Assembly (NCBI GenBank): GCA_964572155.1
Contig: CAZNDZ010000001.1
Span: forward strand, 718,290-782,289
Direction of reading: 5' to 3'
DNA: 64,000 nucleotides
Source: an uncultured Planctomycetales bacterium
GTDB taxonomy: Bacteria > Omnitrophota > Gorgyraeia > Zapsychrales > Fredricksoniimonadaceae
Each line of letters starts with the position of its first letter. Within the stretch, counting starts at the first letter, position 1. A program made the translations under genes and the position numbers. Under the pieces are notes generated by a model that searched no databases, was not told the DNA's origin, and was given only the letters and a program-made list of their open reading frames with translations. Positions 1 to 9,452 of this stretch are shown piece after piece.

Positions 1-1
1 C

Positions 2-679
2 ATGGGCATTGATGTCTGCATCATTGTCCCGTTTAATAAGAAGTTTGCTCATGTTTTACCAGAATCATTCATTAAGAAAACATTGGTTGATCAGTTGGAT
101 GTGAAAGCTTTATTTGTCGGCGATGATTTTCGTTTCGGCCGCAATCGCAGTGGTGATGTGGCGTTATTTACTCAATTAGCCAAGAAGTATTGCTATGAAA
201 TGCACGGCGTTAAAGCATTAAAACAAGGAGCGCAACCTATTAGCAGCACTCGCATTCGCCGTTATGTTACCGAGGGTGATTTGTCAGGATGTAGAAAATT
301 ATTGGGCCGCGACTTTGATGTGTTTGGCACGGTTGTCAAAGGCAAAGGACGCGGCAAAGGCTTAGGATTTCCAACCGCCAATGTGCAATACGACAACGGC
401 GTGATGCCCCCCAATGGTGTCTATGCCGTCCGTGTTTTCTACGACAAAAAACAATACCCAGCCGTCGCCAATCTTGGCATTCGCCCTTCATTTAAAGAAA
501 AAGAAAAAAAGCCATTATTAGAAGTCCACATCTTTGATTTCAACAAGGATTTATACGGCAAGAAAATAGATGTGGTATTTATCAAAAAAATCCGTGAAGA
601 AAAATCCTTCAGTAGTCTTGATGCATTAAAGTTGCAAATCGCAGCTGATGTCCAAAAAGCCCACATCATTTTAAAATAA
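2..679 (+). CDS. ribF: Bifunctional riboflavin kinase / FMN adenylyltransferase RibF, C-terminal ~225 aa. The N-terminus (HxGH region) lies upstream of the window.
   Basis: The translation shows the C-terminal part of an FAD-synthetase domain followed by a riboflavin-kinase domain. Supporting stretches are GTVVKGKGRGKGLGFPTANV and LLEVHIFDFNKDLYG. The ORF runs from the window edge. Confidence 0.8.
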   Translation: MGIDVCIIVPFNKKFAHVLPESFIKKTLVDQLDVKALFVGDDFRFGRNRSGDVALFTQLAKKYCYEMHGVKALKQGAQPISSTRIRRYVTEGDLSGCRKLLGRDFDVFGTVVKGKGRGKGLGFPTANVQYDNGVMPPNGVYAVRVFYDKKQYPAVANLGIRPSFKEKEKKPLLEVHIFDFNKDLYGKKIDVVFIKKIREEKSFSSLDALKLQIAADVQKAHIILK

Positions 680-719
680 TCAAATATTCACTAATTTAAA
701 TAAATTGCCATTTTGGGTG

Positions 720-748
720 TTGACAACCCATGGGGGTTTCTTTATACT
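720..748 (+). promoter_or_regulatory. Sigma70-type promoter for the dcw operon (Pmra): TTGACA-N17-TATACT.
   Basis: TTGACA lies at 720-725 and TATACT at 743-748, with exactly a 17-nt spacer. This is about 60 nt upstream of the mraZ ATG. Confidence 0.6.
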
Positions 749-755
749 CGTTTGT

Positions 756-784
756 AAGTGGAGCAAAGTGGTGGATTGTGGTGG
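756..784 (+). promoter_or_regulatory. Putative MraZ operator: three direct (A/T)GTGG repeats with 10-bp periodicity immediately downstream of the -10 box.
   Basis: AAGTGG lies at 756-761, AAGTGG at 766-771 and TTGTGG at 776-781, and a further GTGG sits at 781-784. In E. coli MraZ binds GTGGG direct repeats at 10-bp spacing that overlap Pmra. Confidence 0.5.
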
Positions 785-806
785 AGTTGTTTAATCAGGA
801 GATTTC

Positions 807-1247
807 ATGTTTTACGGTGAGTACGCCCATGGGATTGATACAAAGGGTCGTTTGATTTTGCCTGCTCGTATTCGGGATGTGGCGAAGGAGAATGGCATTG
901 AGAAGTTTTATGTCACCCGCGGGCTTGATAAATGTATTTTTATGTTTGCCGAGGCTGAATGGCATTTGCAGGAAAATAAATTTAAAGGCCTGTCGTTTAC
1001 AAAACAACAAGCGCGTCACTTTAATCGATTGTTCTTCTCGGGTGCTGTTGAGGTTCTTCCAGATCGTCAAGGGCGTTTTATTATCCCGAATTATTTAAAA
1101 GATTTTGCCGGCATTAAAAAAGATGCGGTTGTGATCGGTGTATCGAATCGCATTGAAATTTGGGACACCAAGACGTGGCAAGAATTCTTTAATAAACAGA
1201 GTGCAGATTTTGAAACCACAGCAGAAGGCATGCTGGATTTAAGCTAA
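807..1247 (+). CDS. mraZ: Transcriptional regulator MraZ.
   Basis: The N-terminus MFYGEYAHGIDTKGRLILPARIRD matches the MraZ signature (MF.G....D.KGR..P). The protein is 146 aa and is the first gene of the dcw cluster. Confidence 0.9.
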   Translation: MFYGEYAHGIDTKGRLILPARIRDVAKENGIEKFYVTRGLDKCIFMFAEAEWHLQENKFKGLSFTKQQARHFNRLFFSGAVEVLPDRQGRFIIPNYLKDFAGIKKDAVVIGVSNRIEIWDTKTWQEFFNKQSADFETTAEGMLDLS

Positions 1248-1252
1248 AGCCC

Positions 1253-2134
1253 ATGCATATTTCTGTCATGCCAGAAGAGGTCTTGGAATTACTTAAGGCC
1301 AAAGCCGGTGGCACTGTGGTGGATGGGACGTTGGGGTTGGCGGGTCATTCTTATTTGATTGCGCAGCAATTAGGTCCCAAGGGACATTTGATTGGCATTG
1401 ATCGCGATAGTTTCGCGATTGAATTGGCTAAGAAAAAACTTGAAGACTTACGGTTGCAAAAAGATTTCTGTCAAGGAAATTTTGCTGATTTAAATGTTCA
1501 TTTACAACAACTTAATGTAACGCATGTCGATGGTGTCTTACTTGATTTAGGAATATCAAGCTTTCAGTTAGACAATGCCGCACGCGGGTTTGCCTTTAGT
1601 AGTGACGGTCCACTAGATATGCGTATGGATCAAAGCCAGGGCGCCAGTGCAGCAGATCTAGTCAATACACTTTCAGAAGACAAGTTAGCGAAGATCATTG
1701 AGGAATTTGGTGAAGATCGTTTTGCTGGGCGCATTGCGAAAGCAATTTTATACAATCGCGCGAAGTTAAAGATTACGACCACTAAGCAGTTGGCGGATAT
1801 TGTGCTGCGTGCATTGCCTCACGGGTATACACGCGGTCGTATTCATCCAGCAACACGCACATTTCAAGCATTGCGCATTGAAGTTAATGATGAATTAGGT
1901 AGTTTGCAAAAAGCTTTGTCGACGTGTTTTGAAGCATTAAAACCGGGTGGGCGATTGGTTATCATCGCGTTTCATTCGCTAGAAGACAGATTAGTAAAGC
2001 AAACGTTTAAGCGGTTTGCGCAAGAAGGTTTAGGTACAATTTTAACGAAAAGGCCATTGGTGCCCACAGACGCTGAATGTGCGGTTAATCCGCGTAGCCG
2101 TTCAGCTAAATTACGAGGGATTGAAAAAATTTAA
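1253..2134 (+). CDS. rsmH: 16S rRNA m4C1402 methyltransferase RsmH (MraW).
   Basis: Conserved motifs GGTVVDGTLGLAGHS and LLDLGISSFQLD are present. It occupies the position after mraZ. Confidence 0.9.
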   Translation: MHISVMPEEVLELLKAKAGGTVVDGTLGLAGHSYLIAQQLGPKGHLIGIDRDSFAIELAKKKLEDLRLQKDFCQGNFADLNVHLQQLNVTHVDGVLLDLGISSFQLDNAARGFAFSSDGPLDMRMDQSQGASAADLVNTLSEDKLAKIIEEFGEDRFAGRIAKAILYNRAKLKITTTKQLADIVLRALPHGYTRGRIHPATRTFQALRIEVNDELGSLQKALSTCFEALKPGGRLVIIAFHSLEDRLVKQTFKRFAQEGLGTILTKRPLVPTDAECAVNPRSRSAKLRGIEKI

Positions 2135-2514
2135 TGAATTTAGCAAATGCATTTAAAATCATGGTTTTTACCACCATCACGGCGCTTATTTATACGCATA
2201 TGCAAATGCAAATTGTTGAGTATGCCTATAAATCTAAGGCAAAACAACGCCGTATCCATGAACTTCAAGATAGCAATGGCATTTTGACACATCAGATTCT
2301 AGTGTTAAAATCAGCGAAACATTTAGGCGAGCGCATGTTAAATAAGAATGATGCTTTGCAGTTTATAGGGCGCGATAAGGTGATGACGATCAACACACCT
2401 GCGCTTAGAATGCCAGCTCGTCCAACACCAAAGATTAAAGATACAACACAAAGCCCTTTGTGGAATTGGTTGTCATTTCTGTCAATACCAGAAGCTCGCG
2501 CTTTTGATAATTAA
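2134..2514 (+). CDS. ftsL: Cell division protein FtsL-like: a small bitopic membrane protein with a coiled coil.
   Basis: It is 126 aa with one N-terminal TM helix (VFTTITALIYTHM) followed by a heptad-like region. It sits between rsmH and ftsI, and its start overlaps the rsmH stop (TAATG). Confidence 0.55.
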   Translation: MNLANAFKIMVFTTITALIYTHMQMQIVEYAYKSKAKQRRIHELQDSNGILTHQILVLKSAKHLGERMLNKNDALQFIGRDKVMTINTPALRMPARPTPKIKDTTQSPLWNWLSFLSIPEARAFDN

Positions 2515-2535
2515 TTAAAGGAAATTGAGGCACCT

Positions 2536-4272
2536 TTGTACCTTCGCAAATATCCCTTTCGCTTTGCTGCAGTCTTTATATTTATACTCGCGGGTTTTTG
2601 TTATTCTATTTTTTTCCTTTTTTATATTCAGATCTTTCGCTCGTCGTACCTTTCTCATTTAGCCCAACGCCAGCATGAACATTTAAAGTCGATCGATCCA
2701 AAGCGGGGAACCATTTATGACCGTAATTTAAGGCCGTTGGCGATTAATTTACCTGTTTATTCCGTGTACGCAAATCCACGCATGTTGCGTAAATCACACA
2801 GCATGGATGAAATCATTACAGAGCTCGCCGCCATCTTAAAGATGGATCGTAGGGTTTTGGCTCAAAAAGTCAGCAAGGATAAATACTTTGTTTGGGTAAC
2901 GCGCATGTTGCCCCAGTCAACCTATGAAGCCATTAAGGCCAAACATTTTCCAGGCATTGGTTTTATTAAAGAGAGTAAACGTTTTTATCCTAATAAATAC
3001 TTAGCGTCGCATTTGGTTGGATTTGCAGGGATTGATAATACAGGTTTGGATGGTTTGGAACGTGATTATGATAAATATTTAAAGGGAACGGCCGGTAGCT
3101 CGATCACCTTGCGTGATGCCCGTCAGCGGGAATTAACCGAGCGGGATATTCGACCACCCGTCGATGGTTTTGATTTGGTGTTAACGATTGATGAGACCAT
3201 CCAGTATTTGGCAGAGCAAGCGTTGGATAAAATGTATCGTAAATACAATGCCAAGGGTGGCAGCATCATTGTTATGGACACAAAGACAGGTGAGATTTTA
3301 GCATTTGCAAATCGTCCGACGTATGATTTGGAGAAACCTGGCGCAAGTTCACCAGAAGCAAGGACCAATCGGGCGATTGTTTTTACCTATGAGCCTGGGT
3401 CTGTTTTTAAGATTGTGACGGCAGCAGGTGGTTTGCAGGAAAAGGTTGTTAAAGAAAATGATATTATTAATTGTGAGCATGGTGCATATAGGGTGGGGAA
3501 TCACATCTTACATGATCATGAACCTGCAGGGAACTTAACATTTAGACAAGTCATGGAGCAGTCGAGTAATATTGGGACGGTTAAAGTTGCGCAGCGCTTA
3601 GGACCACAACGTCTATATAATTATGCCCATCGTTTTCGATTTGGCATGAAGACAGGCATTGATTTACCAGGAGAAGCCCGTGGTTATTTAAAGTCCGTTA
3701 AGAATTGGTCTAAGACATCTATAGGTGCTATACCCATTGGCCAGGAAGTGACAGTTACTCCACTACAGATGGTCTCTGTCATGGCCGCCATCGCAAATAA
3801 TGGGGTGTATATGAGGCCTTTTGTGGTTAAGTACATTAAAGACAGCCAAGGACAAATTATTCAAGAACATAAGCCGCTGATTTTGGATAAAATCATGACA
3901 GACGACATTGCTAAACGATTACATTCTATTTTGCGAGGTGTAGTTGATAATGGGACGGCTAAGAAAGCGCAGATTGAAGGTGTTTCCGTTGCTGGTAAGA
4001 CAGGTACGGCTCAGAAAGTTGTTGGTGGGGCATACTCGCATTCGAATTTTTATGCAACCTTTGTTGGCTTTGCTCCTGTCGAAAATCCAAGGCTTGCCTG
4101 CGTGGTTGTTTTTGATGAGCCACATCCTGTTTATTATGGGGGTTTAGTTTCTGCACCTGTATTCAAAGAAGTTATAGAAAATAGTTTGCGGTATTTAAAT
4201 GCGCAAGAGACCAAAGAAATTTCCGACATGGATGATAATGCACCTGAAAATGAGCCGAGGTATAAGGATTAA
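2536..4272 (+). CDS. ftsI: Peptidoglycan D,D-transpeptidase FtsI (PBP3-type class B penicillin-binding protein). A TTG start is likely.
   Basis: It has an N-terminal TM helix and a PBP dimerisation region. The transpeptidase motifs are SVFK (SxxK), SSN (SxN) and KTGT. Confidence 0.9.
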   Translation: MYLRKYPFRFAAVFIFILAGFCYSIFFLFYIQIFRSSYLSHLAQRQHEHLKSIDPKRGTIYDRNLRPLAINLPVYSVYANPRMLRKSHSMDEIITELAAILKMDRRVLAQKVSKDKYFVWVTRMLPQSTYEAIKAKHFPGIGFIKESKRFYPNKYLASHLVGFAGIDNTGLDGLERDYDKYLKGTAGSSITLRDARQRELTERDIRPPVDGFDLVLTIDETIQYLAEQALDKMYRKYNAKGGSIIVMDTKTGEILAFANRPTYDLEKPGASSPEARTNRAIVFTYEPGSVFKIVTAAGGLQEKVVKENDIINCEHGAYRVGNHILHDHEPAGNLTFRQVMEQSSNIGTVKVAQRLGPQRLYNYAHRFRFGMKTGIDLPGEARGYLKSVKNWSKTSIGAIPIGQEVTVTPLQMVSVMAAIANNGVYMRPFVVKYIKDSQGQIIQEHKPLILDKIMTDDIAKRLHSILRGVVDNGTAKKAQIEGVSVAGKTGTAQKVVGGAYSHSNFYATFVGFAPVENPRLACVVVFDEPHPVYYGGLVSAPVFKEVIENSLRYLNAQETKEISDMDDNAPENEPRYKD

Positions 4273-4273
4273 C

Positions 4274-5713
4274 ATGACGCTAACCGCGCTGCTAGAAAAA
4301 TTATCAGGCATTCAGTGCGATGGAAAGATCGATGCTGTTGATGTTAAATCTATTAGCTGTGACTCACGCGAAGATCAGCGTGGCGCATTATTTGTTGCTT
4401 TAGGTGGTTTTAAATTTAAGGGCGCAAATTTTGTGTCAGATGTTATTGCCAAGGGCGCTGTGGCCATTGTTATTGCACACAACGAGATGTTAAGTCAAGT
4501 GCCAGCACACGTTGTGATCATACGCACACAAGATCCTAAAGCCATGCTGCGCACATTGGCACTACGATTTTATGGTAATCCCTCGCAATATGTTAAGACC
4601 GTTGGCATAACTGGTACCAATGGTAAAACAACATTTACGTATTTGTTAGAATCGATCATTCATGCCGCCAATCAAACCTGTGGGGTCATCGGCACCGTCA
4701 ATTATCGCATCGGCCAAGAAATTGTTCCGGCGAAGAATACAACCCCTGGCTTTATCGATATGCAGCGTTTCTTGGGTTTACTTAAAACGCGTCATGCTCA
4801 ATATTGTGTGATGGAGGTTTCATCACATGCGCTACATCAGGGTCGGGTGGATGGCATTGATTTCTCCGCCGCTGTTTTTTCGAACTTAACCCAAGATCAT
4901 CTAGATTACCATCAAACCATGGAAGCATATTTTCAGGCCAAGGCTTTATTATTTAAGCGACAAGTGCCTGCCGTTATCAATGTGGATGACCGATATGGCA
5001 AACGTTTGTGTCAGATGGCACAAGGTAAAGTTATCACGTATGGGATTGATAGTGACGCAGATATTAAAGCAGTTAACATTAAATATGATTTAAGCGGAAC
5101 CACCTTTGACATCAAAGATAAAGTGTCAATAAAGACGGCACTTATTGGTAAACATAATGTTTACAATATTTTGTCTGCGATCACCTGTGCGCATGTACTG
5201 GGGTTTGGTTTCGATGTGATAAAAAAAGGTGTCGAAGCGTTAACCAATGTCCCAGGCCGACTAGAAGCGGTGAGAACAGGGAAAGATTTTTATGTGTTTA
5301 TTGATTATGCACATACCGAAGATGGGTTGGTCAATGTGCTTAAGTCCTTGCGTACTGTAAGTCAAAATAAAATCATCACCGTCTTTGGTTGTGGTGGCGA
5401 TCGTGATAACACCAAGCGACCCAAGATGGGTGCAGCTGTTTGTGTACTATCAGATCATGCCATCATCACCTCAGATAATCCACGTAGTGAAGATCCCAGC
5501 GTTATCATTGATCAGATCGTCAAAGGTTTTACGAAAAAGAATTATGAAGTGTGCGTCGATCGCAAAGAAGCCATTGGTCGGGCGCTTAAACAAGCCAAGG
5601 CTGGAGCAATTGTTTTATTGGCAGGTAAAGGTCATGAAGATTATCAGATCTTAAAAGACCGCACCATTAAGTTTAATGAACACGCAATCGTCAAGGAGTT
5701 GATCGGTGTTTAG
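4274..5713 (+). CDS. murE: UDP-MurNAc-L-Ala-D-Glu:meso-diaminopimelate ligase MurE.
   Basis: It carries the Mur-ligase P-loop GITGTNGKTT and the DNPR motif typical of DAP-adding MurE. I chose the ATG at 4274, directly after the ftsI stop. The upstream in-frame extension to 4199 overlaps ftsI. Confidence 0.88.
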   Translation: MTLTALLEKLSGIQCDGKIDAVDVKSISCDSREDQRGALFVALGGFKFKGANFVSDVIAKGAVAIVIAHNEMLSQVPAHVVIIRTQDPKAMLRTLALRFYGNPSQYVKTVGITGTNGKTTFTYLLESIIHAANQTCGVIGTVNYRIGQEIVPAKNTTPGFIDMQRFLGLLKTRHAQYCVMEVSSHALHQGRVDGIDFSAAVFSNLTQDHLDYHQTMEAYFQAKALLFKRQVPAVINVDDRYGKRLCQMAQGKVITYGIDSDADIKAVNIKYDLSGTTFDIKDKVSIKTALIGKHNVYNILSAITCAHVLGFGFDVIKKGVEALTNVPGRLEAVRTGKDFYVFIDYAHTEDGLVNVLKSLRTVSQNKIITVFGCGGDRDNTKRPKMGAAVCVLSDHAIITSDNPRSEDPSVIIDQIVKGFTKKNYEVCVDRKEAIGRALKQAKAGAIVLLAGKGHEDYQILKDRTIKFNEHAIVKELIGV

Positions 5714-7088
5714 TATAAAAGAAATCATCGCCGCGACAAATGGGAAATTGCTCTCAGGAAAAGCTGAGGGTAAGGTCATGGGCGTTAGCATTGATTCACG
5801 CCAGGTTAAGGCCAATCAATTGTTTATTGCCGTTAAAGGTGAAATCTTTGACGGGCATGATTTTATTAAGGATGTTGTGTTGCGTGGCATCAAGGTGATT
5901 GTGGTGCATAAAGACGTTGCTGTTCCACAAGGCAATGTGAGTGTTATTCTAGTCAAAGATACAACCAAAGCTTTGGGAGATTTAGCTAGATTTTATCGCC
6001 TGCGTTTTAAAATCCCTGTCATTGCCATCACAGGTAGTGCAGGTAAAACAACCACTAAGGAAATGATCGCCGCTGTTCTTTCCCGCAAACACAAGGTATT
6101 AAAGAATGAAGGTACCCAGAATAATCATATCGGCGTGCCATTAACACTTTTTAAGTTAAAACCCTCGCATTCTATTGTGGTTATGGAATGCGGCACCAAT
6201 CAACCTGGTGATATCCCATGGTTATCGGATGTATTGCGTCCAACAGCGGCTGTGTTTACCAATATCGGGGAATCACATTTAGAAAAATTAGGCAGTCCGT
6301 CAGGTGTTCTAAAAGAAAAGTGGACTTTGACCCAATTTTTACCCAAGGGCTCACCGGTCATTATTAATGCCGATGATGTACTATTATCAAAGAAAGCAGC
6401 ACCATCTAAAAGAAAATACAAAGTTATCACGTATGGGATTTATAAGTCAGCCACACTACAAGCCAATACCATCATTGTGCATGGTGCGACGTCCATGACC
6501 TTTGCAGTTTCAGGAAAAAGCATTGAACTTCATTCTTGCGGGATTAATAATGTTTATAATAGTTTAGCAGCTTATGCCTGTGGCATCACCTTCGGTGTAA
6601 AGCCTGTGGATATTGTTGCGGCATTAGGCGCGTTTGAGTTTCCTCAAGGCCGTGGGCAAATATTAAAACTTGGTCGTGGTTGGTTACTGAATGATGCCTA
6701 TAATGCGAATCCTGTCTCGATGCGCAGCGCCTTACAAACATTAGAAGCCATGTCCGTTTCGGGTAAGAAAATTGTGGTTGCGGCAGATATGTTGGAATTA
6801 GGCAAGCAGTCCGCAACATTACATGCGTCGATTGGGGCTTTGATGGCGCGCTTGCACGTGGATGTGTTGATTACGGTGGGTGCGTTGGCGCGGCACATAG
6901 GTGTTGAAGCCCGTCGGAAGAATAAGCGCATGACGGTTGTGGCGTGCAAGGATGTGGAAGGCGCTAAAATGCATTTGGCTAAACTTTTTGAAAATGGGGA
7001 TGCGCTCTTGGTTAAAGGGTCGCGTCGGATGAAAATGGAAAACGTGGTGGAGTTTTTGTTAGAATCACCACAAGCTGTTTTACATTAA
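5706..7088 (+). CDS. murF: UDP-MurNAc-tripeptide:D-Ala-D-Ala ligase MurF.
   Basis: It carries the motif AITGSAGKTTTKEM and a Mur-ligase C-terminal domain. It has a GTG start and is in canonical dcw order. Confidence 0.88.
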   Translation: MFSIKEIIAATNGKLLSGKAEGKVMGVSIDSRQVKANQLFIAVKGEIFDGHDFIKDVVLRGIKVIVVHKDVAVPQGNVSVILVKDTTKALGDLARFYRLRFKIPVIAITGSAGKTTTKEMIAAVLSRKHKVLKNEGTQNNHIGVPLTLFKLKPSHSIVVMECGTNQPGDIPWLSDVLRPTAAVFTNIGESHLEKLGSPSGVLKEKWTLTQFLPKGSPVIINADDVLLSKKAAPSKRKYKVITYGIYKSATLQANTIIVHGATSMTFAVSGKSIELHSCGINNVYNSLAAYACGITFGVKPVDIVAALGAFEFPQGRGQILKLGRGWLLNDAYNANPVSMRSALQTLEAMSVSGKKIVVAADMLELGKQSATLHASIGALMARLHVDVLITVGALARHIGVEARRKNKRMTVVACKDVEGAKMHLAKLFENGDALLVKGSRRMKMENVVEFLLESPQAVLH

Positions 7089-7101
7089 TTAAGGGTTACG
7101 C

Positions 7102-8190
7102 ATGTTTTATTTCTTATCAAATTTCGCCGCAGATTTTTCGTTCTTAAATATTTTTCGCTACATCACGTTTCGCGCCGGCATGGCGGCGTTTACATCATTT
7201 GTCTTGTGTTTGATCTTTGGGCCCATTTTTATTCGTTTATTTAAAGAACACAAAATCAAAGAGATTAACAAACGCAAAGATGCTCCGTCGCTCGATAAGT
7301 TTCAGGAGAAAAAAGAAGGCACGCCAACCATGGGCGGGATTTTTATTATCGGCAGCATTGTCACCTCAGTATTGTTGTGGGCAAACTTATCCAATCATTT
7401 TATTTTAGTAACATTGTTTGTTTGCGTGTCGCTGAGTTTAGTTGGCGGGGCGGATGACTATATAAAGCTTAAAGGCATTGGTAAACATCGTGGCATTAAG
7501 TCGCGCACAAAGCTTGTGTGGCAGTTGCTCATTGCGTCGGTGGCAGCATTGTATGCGTATTTAAATCCTAGTGTCACCAGTGATTTAGATATCCCGTTCT
7601 TAAAATATTTGGTCATTGATCTTGGGGCTTTCTTTGTGTTTTGGGTCGTTGTGGTTGTGGTTGGTTCATCGAATGCTGTTAATCTAACCGATGGGCTTGA
7701 TGGTCTAGCCATTGGCACAACCTTGATGGTGGCTTTTACCTTGGGCATCTTAAGTTATGTGTCGGGTAACTTTGCCATGAGCGATTATTTGTGGGTGCCG
7801 TATGTTCCAGGAACAGGTGAACTGACGGTTTTTTGTGCTGCGATTGTCGGAGCTAGTTTAGGTTTCTTGTGGTTTAATTGTCATCCAGCAACGGTTTTTA
7901 TGGGCGATGTTGGTTCGCTTGCCTTAGGTGGTTGTATTGGGATCATTGCGGTCTTTATTAAGAAGGAAATTTGGTTAATCGTTTTAGGCGGCGTGTTTGT
8001 CATTGAAGCAGGGTCAGTGATTTTACAAGTTTTATCGTTTAAGTTAACAGGAAAACGGATTTTTAAGATGTCGCCTTTTCACCATCATTTGCAATTATCT
8101 GGATGGAATGAAAATAAAATCATCGTACGTTTTTGGATCATCGCTATTATCTTAGCGATGTTGACACTGACCATATTGAAGATTAGATAA
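7102..8190 (+). CDS. mraY: Phospho-MurNAc-pentapeptide translocase MraY.
   Basis: It is a polytopic membrane protein of 362 aa with the conserved MraY C-terminal HHH region (SPFHHHLQLSGW). Confidence 0.9.
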   Translation: MFYFLSNFAADFSFLNIFRYITFRAGMAAFTSFVLCLIFGPIFIRLFKEHKIKEINKRKDAPSLDKFQEKKEGTPTMGGIFIIGSIVTSVLLWANLSNHFILVTLFVCVSLSLVGGADDYIKLKGIGKHRGIKSRTKLVWQLLIASVAALYAYLNPSVTSDLDIPFLKYLVIDLGAFFVFWVVVVVVGSSNAVNLTDGLDGLAIGTTLMVAFTLGILSYVSGNFAMSDYLWVPYVPGTGELTVFCAAIVGASLGFLWFNCHPATVFMGDVGSLALGGCIGIIAVFIKKEIWLIVLGGVFVIEAGSVILQVLSFKLTGKRIFKMSPFHHHLQLSGWNENKIIVRFWIIAIILAMLTLTILKIR

Positions 8191-8192
8191 TC

Positions 8193-9452
8193 ATGTCATT
8201 TGAACTTAAAGGAAAGTTTGGAACAGTCATTGGTGCAGCACGCAGCGGCATTGCTGTTGCCAACACCATTGCTGCCAAGGGGGGTAAGGCGCAGGTTTCT
8301 GAATTTAAACAACGTGATGTTGTTGAAAAAGAATTGCAGGGGCTGTCTAAGGATGTAGCCATAGAATGTGGCGGACACACCAAAGATTTTATTTTAAGAA
8401 GTGATTTTGTGGTTTTGTCCCCAGGCGTGCGCATGGATATCCCGCCGGTCATTTGGGCTAAGGCTGCCGGCATCGAGGTGATGGGTGAGATTGAGTTTGC
8501 CTATCGTTTATGCCCGTGTCCAATTATCGCAGTGACGGGTAGCAATGGTAAGACAACCACGGTCACTTTGATAACGGAGGTCTTAAAGAAAACAGGACAT
8601 AATGCTATATTATGCGGCAATATTGGAAGTCCTTTCTCAAAGCATGTATTAACATTAACAGCGTCGGATATTGTTGTTCTAGAAATCAGCTCTTTTCAGT
8701 TAGAATCAACTCTAACCTTTAAACCTAAGGTTGCGCTCTGGCTTAATTTTTCTCAAAATCATTTAGATCGGCATAAGGATTTGCAGGAATATTTCGATGC
8801 GAAGAAGAAAATCTTAGCAAATCAAGATGGCAGTGACACCGCTGTCTTAAATGCAGCTCAGCCTGAGTTTTTGGAGTTGGCAAAATCACTGAAGTCGAAG
8901 GTGGTTTATTTTAATACAGCAGAACAGCAAAGCCTTCAACTTAACCCAAATCAATTGGCAGTCATGACCGTCGCTAAAGTCATGGGTGTTGCGTCCCAAG
9001 TATGCCAGAAAGTTTTTGCAGAATTTAAAGGAGTTGAGCATCGTCAAGAGTTTGTCAGGACCATCGACGGGGTTGACTATATTAATGATTCAAAATCAAC
9101 AACACCAGAAGCAGGTACATGGGCACTCAATCATTTGACCAAGCCGCTCATTATGATTTGCGGCGGGAGTGATAAGCATTTGGATTTTTCACCGCTCAAG
9201 GGTTTGGTTAAGTCTAAGGTTAAGAGAATGATTGTCATTGGGCAAACCAAGGAACAACTACGACAAACGTTTGCGGATGTTGTTCCTGTCAGTGTTAGCG
9301 ATACTTTGGAAAATGCTGTCTTGTTGGCGCGTAGGGAAGCATCGTCTGGGCAAATGGTTGTATTGTCGCCGATGTGTGCGAGTTTTGATATGTTTAACGA
9401 CTATGAACACCGTGGCCGCGTGTTCAAAGATATTGTGAGTAAAATAAAATGA
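8193..9452 (+). CDS. murD: UDP-MurNAc-L-Ala:D-Glu ligase MurD.
   Basis: It carries the motif AVTGSNGKTTTVTL and has the MurD architecture in the canonical position. Confidence 0.88.
   Translation: MSFELKGKFGTVIGAARSGIAVANTIAAKGGKAQVSEFKQRDVVEKELQGLSKDVAIECGGHTKDFILRSDFVVLSPGVRMDIPPVIWAKAAGIEVMGEIEFAYRLCPCPIIAVTGSNGKTTTVTLITEVLKKTGHNAILCGNIGSPFSKHVLTLTASDIVVLEISSFQLESTLTFKPKVALWLNFSQNHLDRHKDLQEYFDAKKKILANQDGSDTAVLNAAQPEFLELAKSLKSKVVYFNTAEQQSLQLNPNQLAVMTVAKVMGVASQVCQKVFAEFKGVEHRQEFVRTIDGVDYINDSKSTTPEAGTWALNHLTKPLIMICGGSDKHLDFSPLKGLVKSKVKRMIVIGQTKEQLRQTFADVVPVSVSDTLENAVLLARREASSGQMVVLSPMCASFDMFNDYEHRGRVFKDIVSKIK

Noticed and set aside
439-1098. Small ORFs nested in or antisense to ribF and mraZ (439..669-, 795..1070-, 877..1098+). 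The same applies to similar short ORFs nested inside other genes, such as 3123..3368-, 6200..6430- and 9772..9990-.
   Set aside because: They lie within well-supported conserved genes, have no motifs, and are of the length expected by chance in AT-rich DNA.
4199-4273. Upstream start at 4199 for murE
   Set aside because: It overlaps the last 74 nt of ftsI. The ATG at 4274 directly follows the ftsI stop and precedes the conserved MurE N-terminus.
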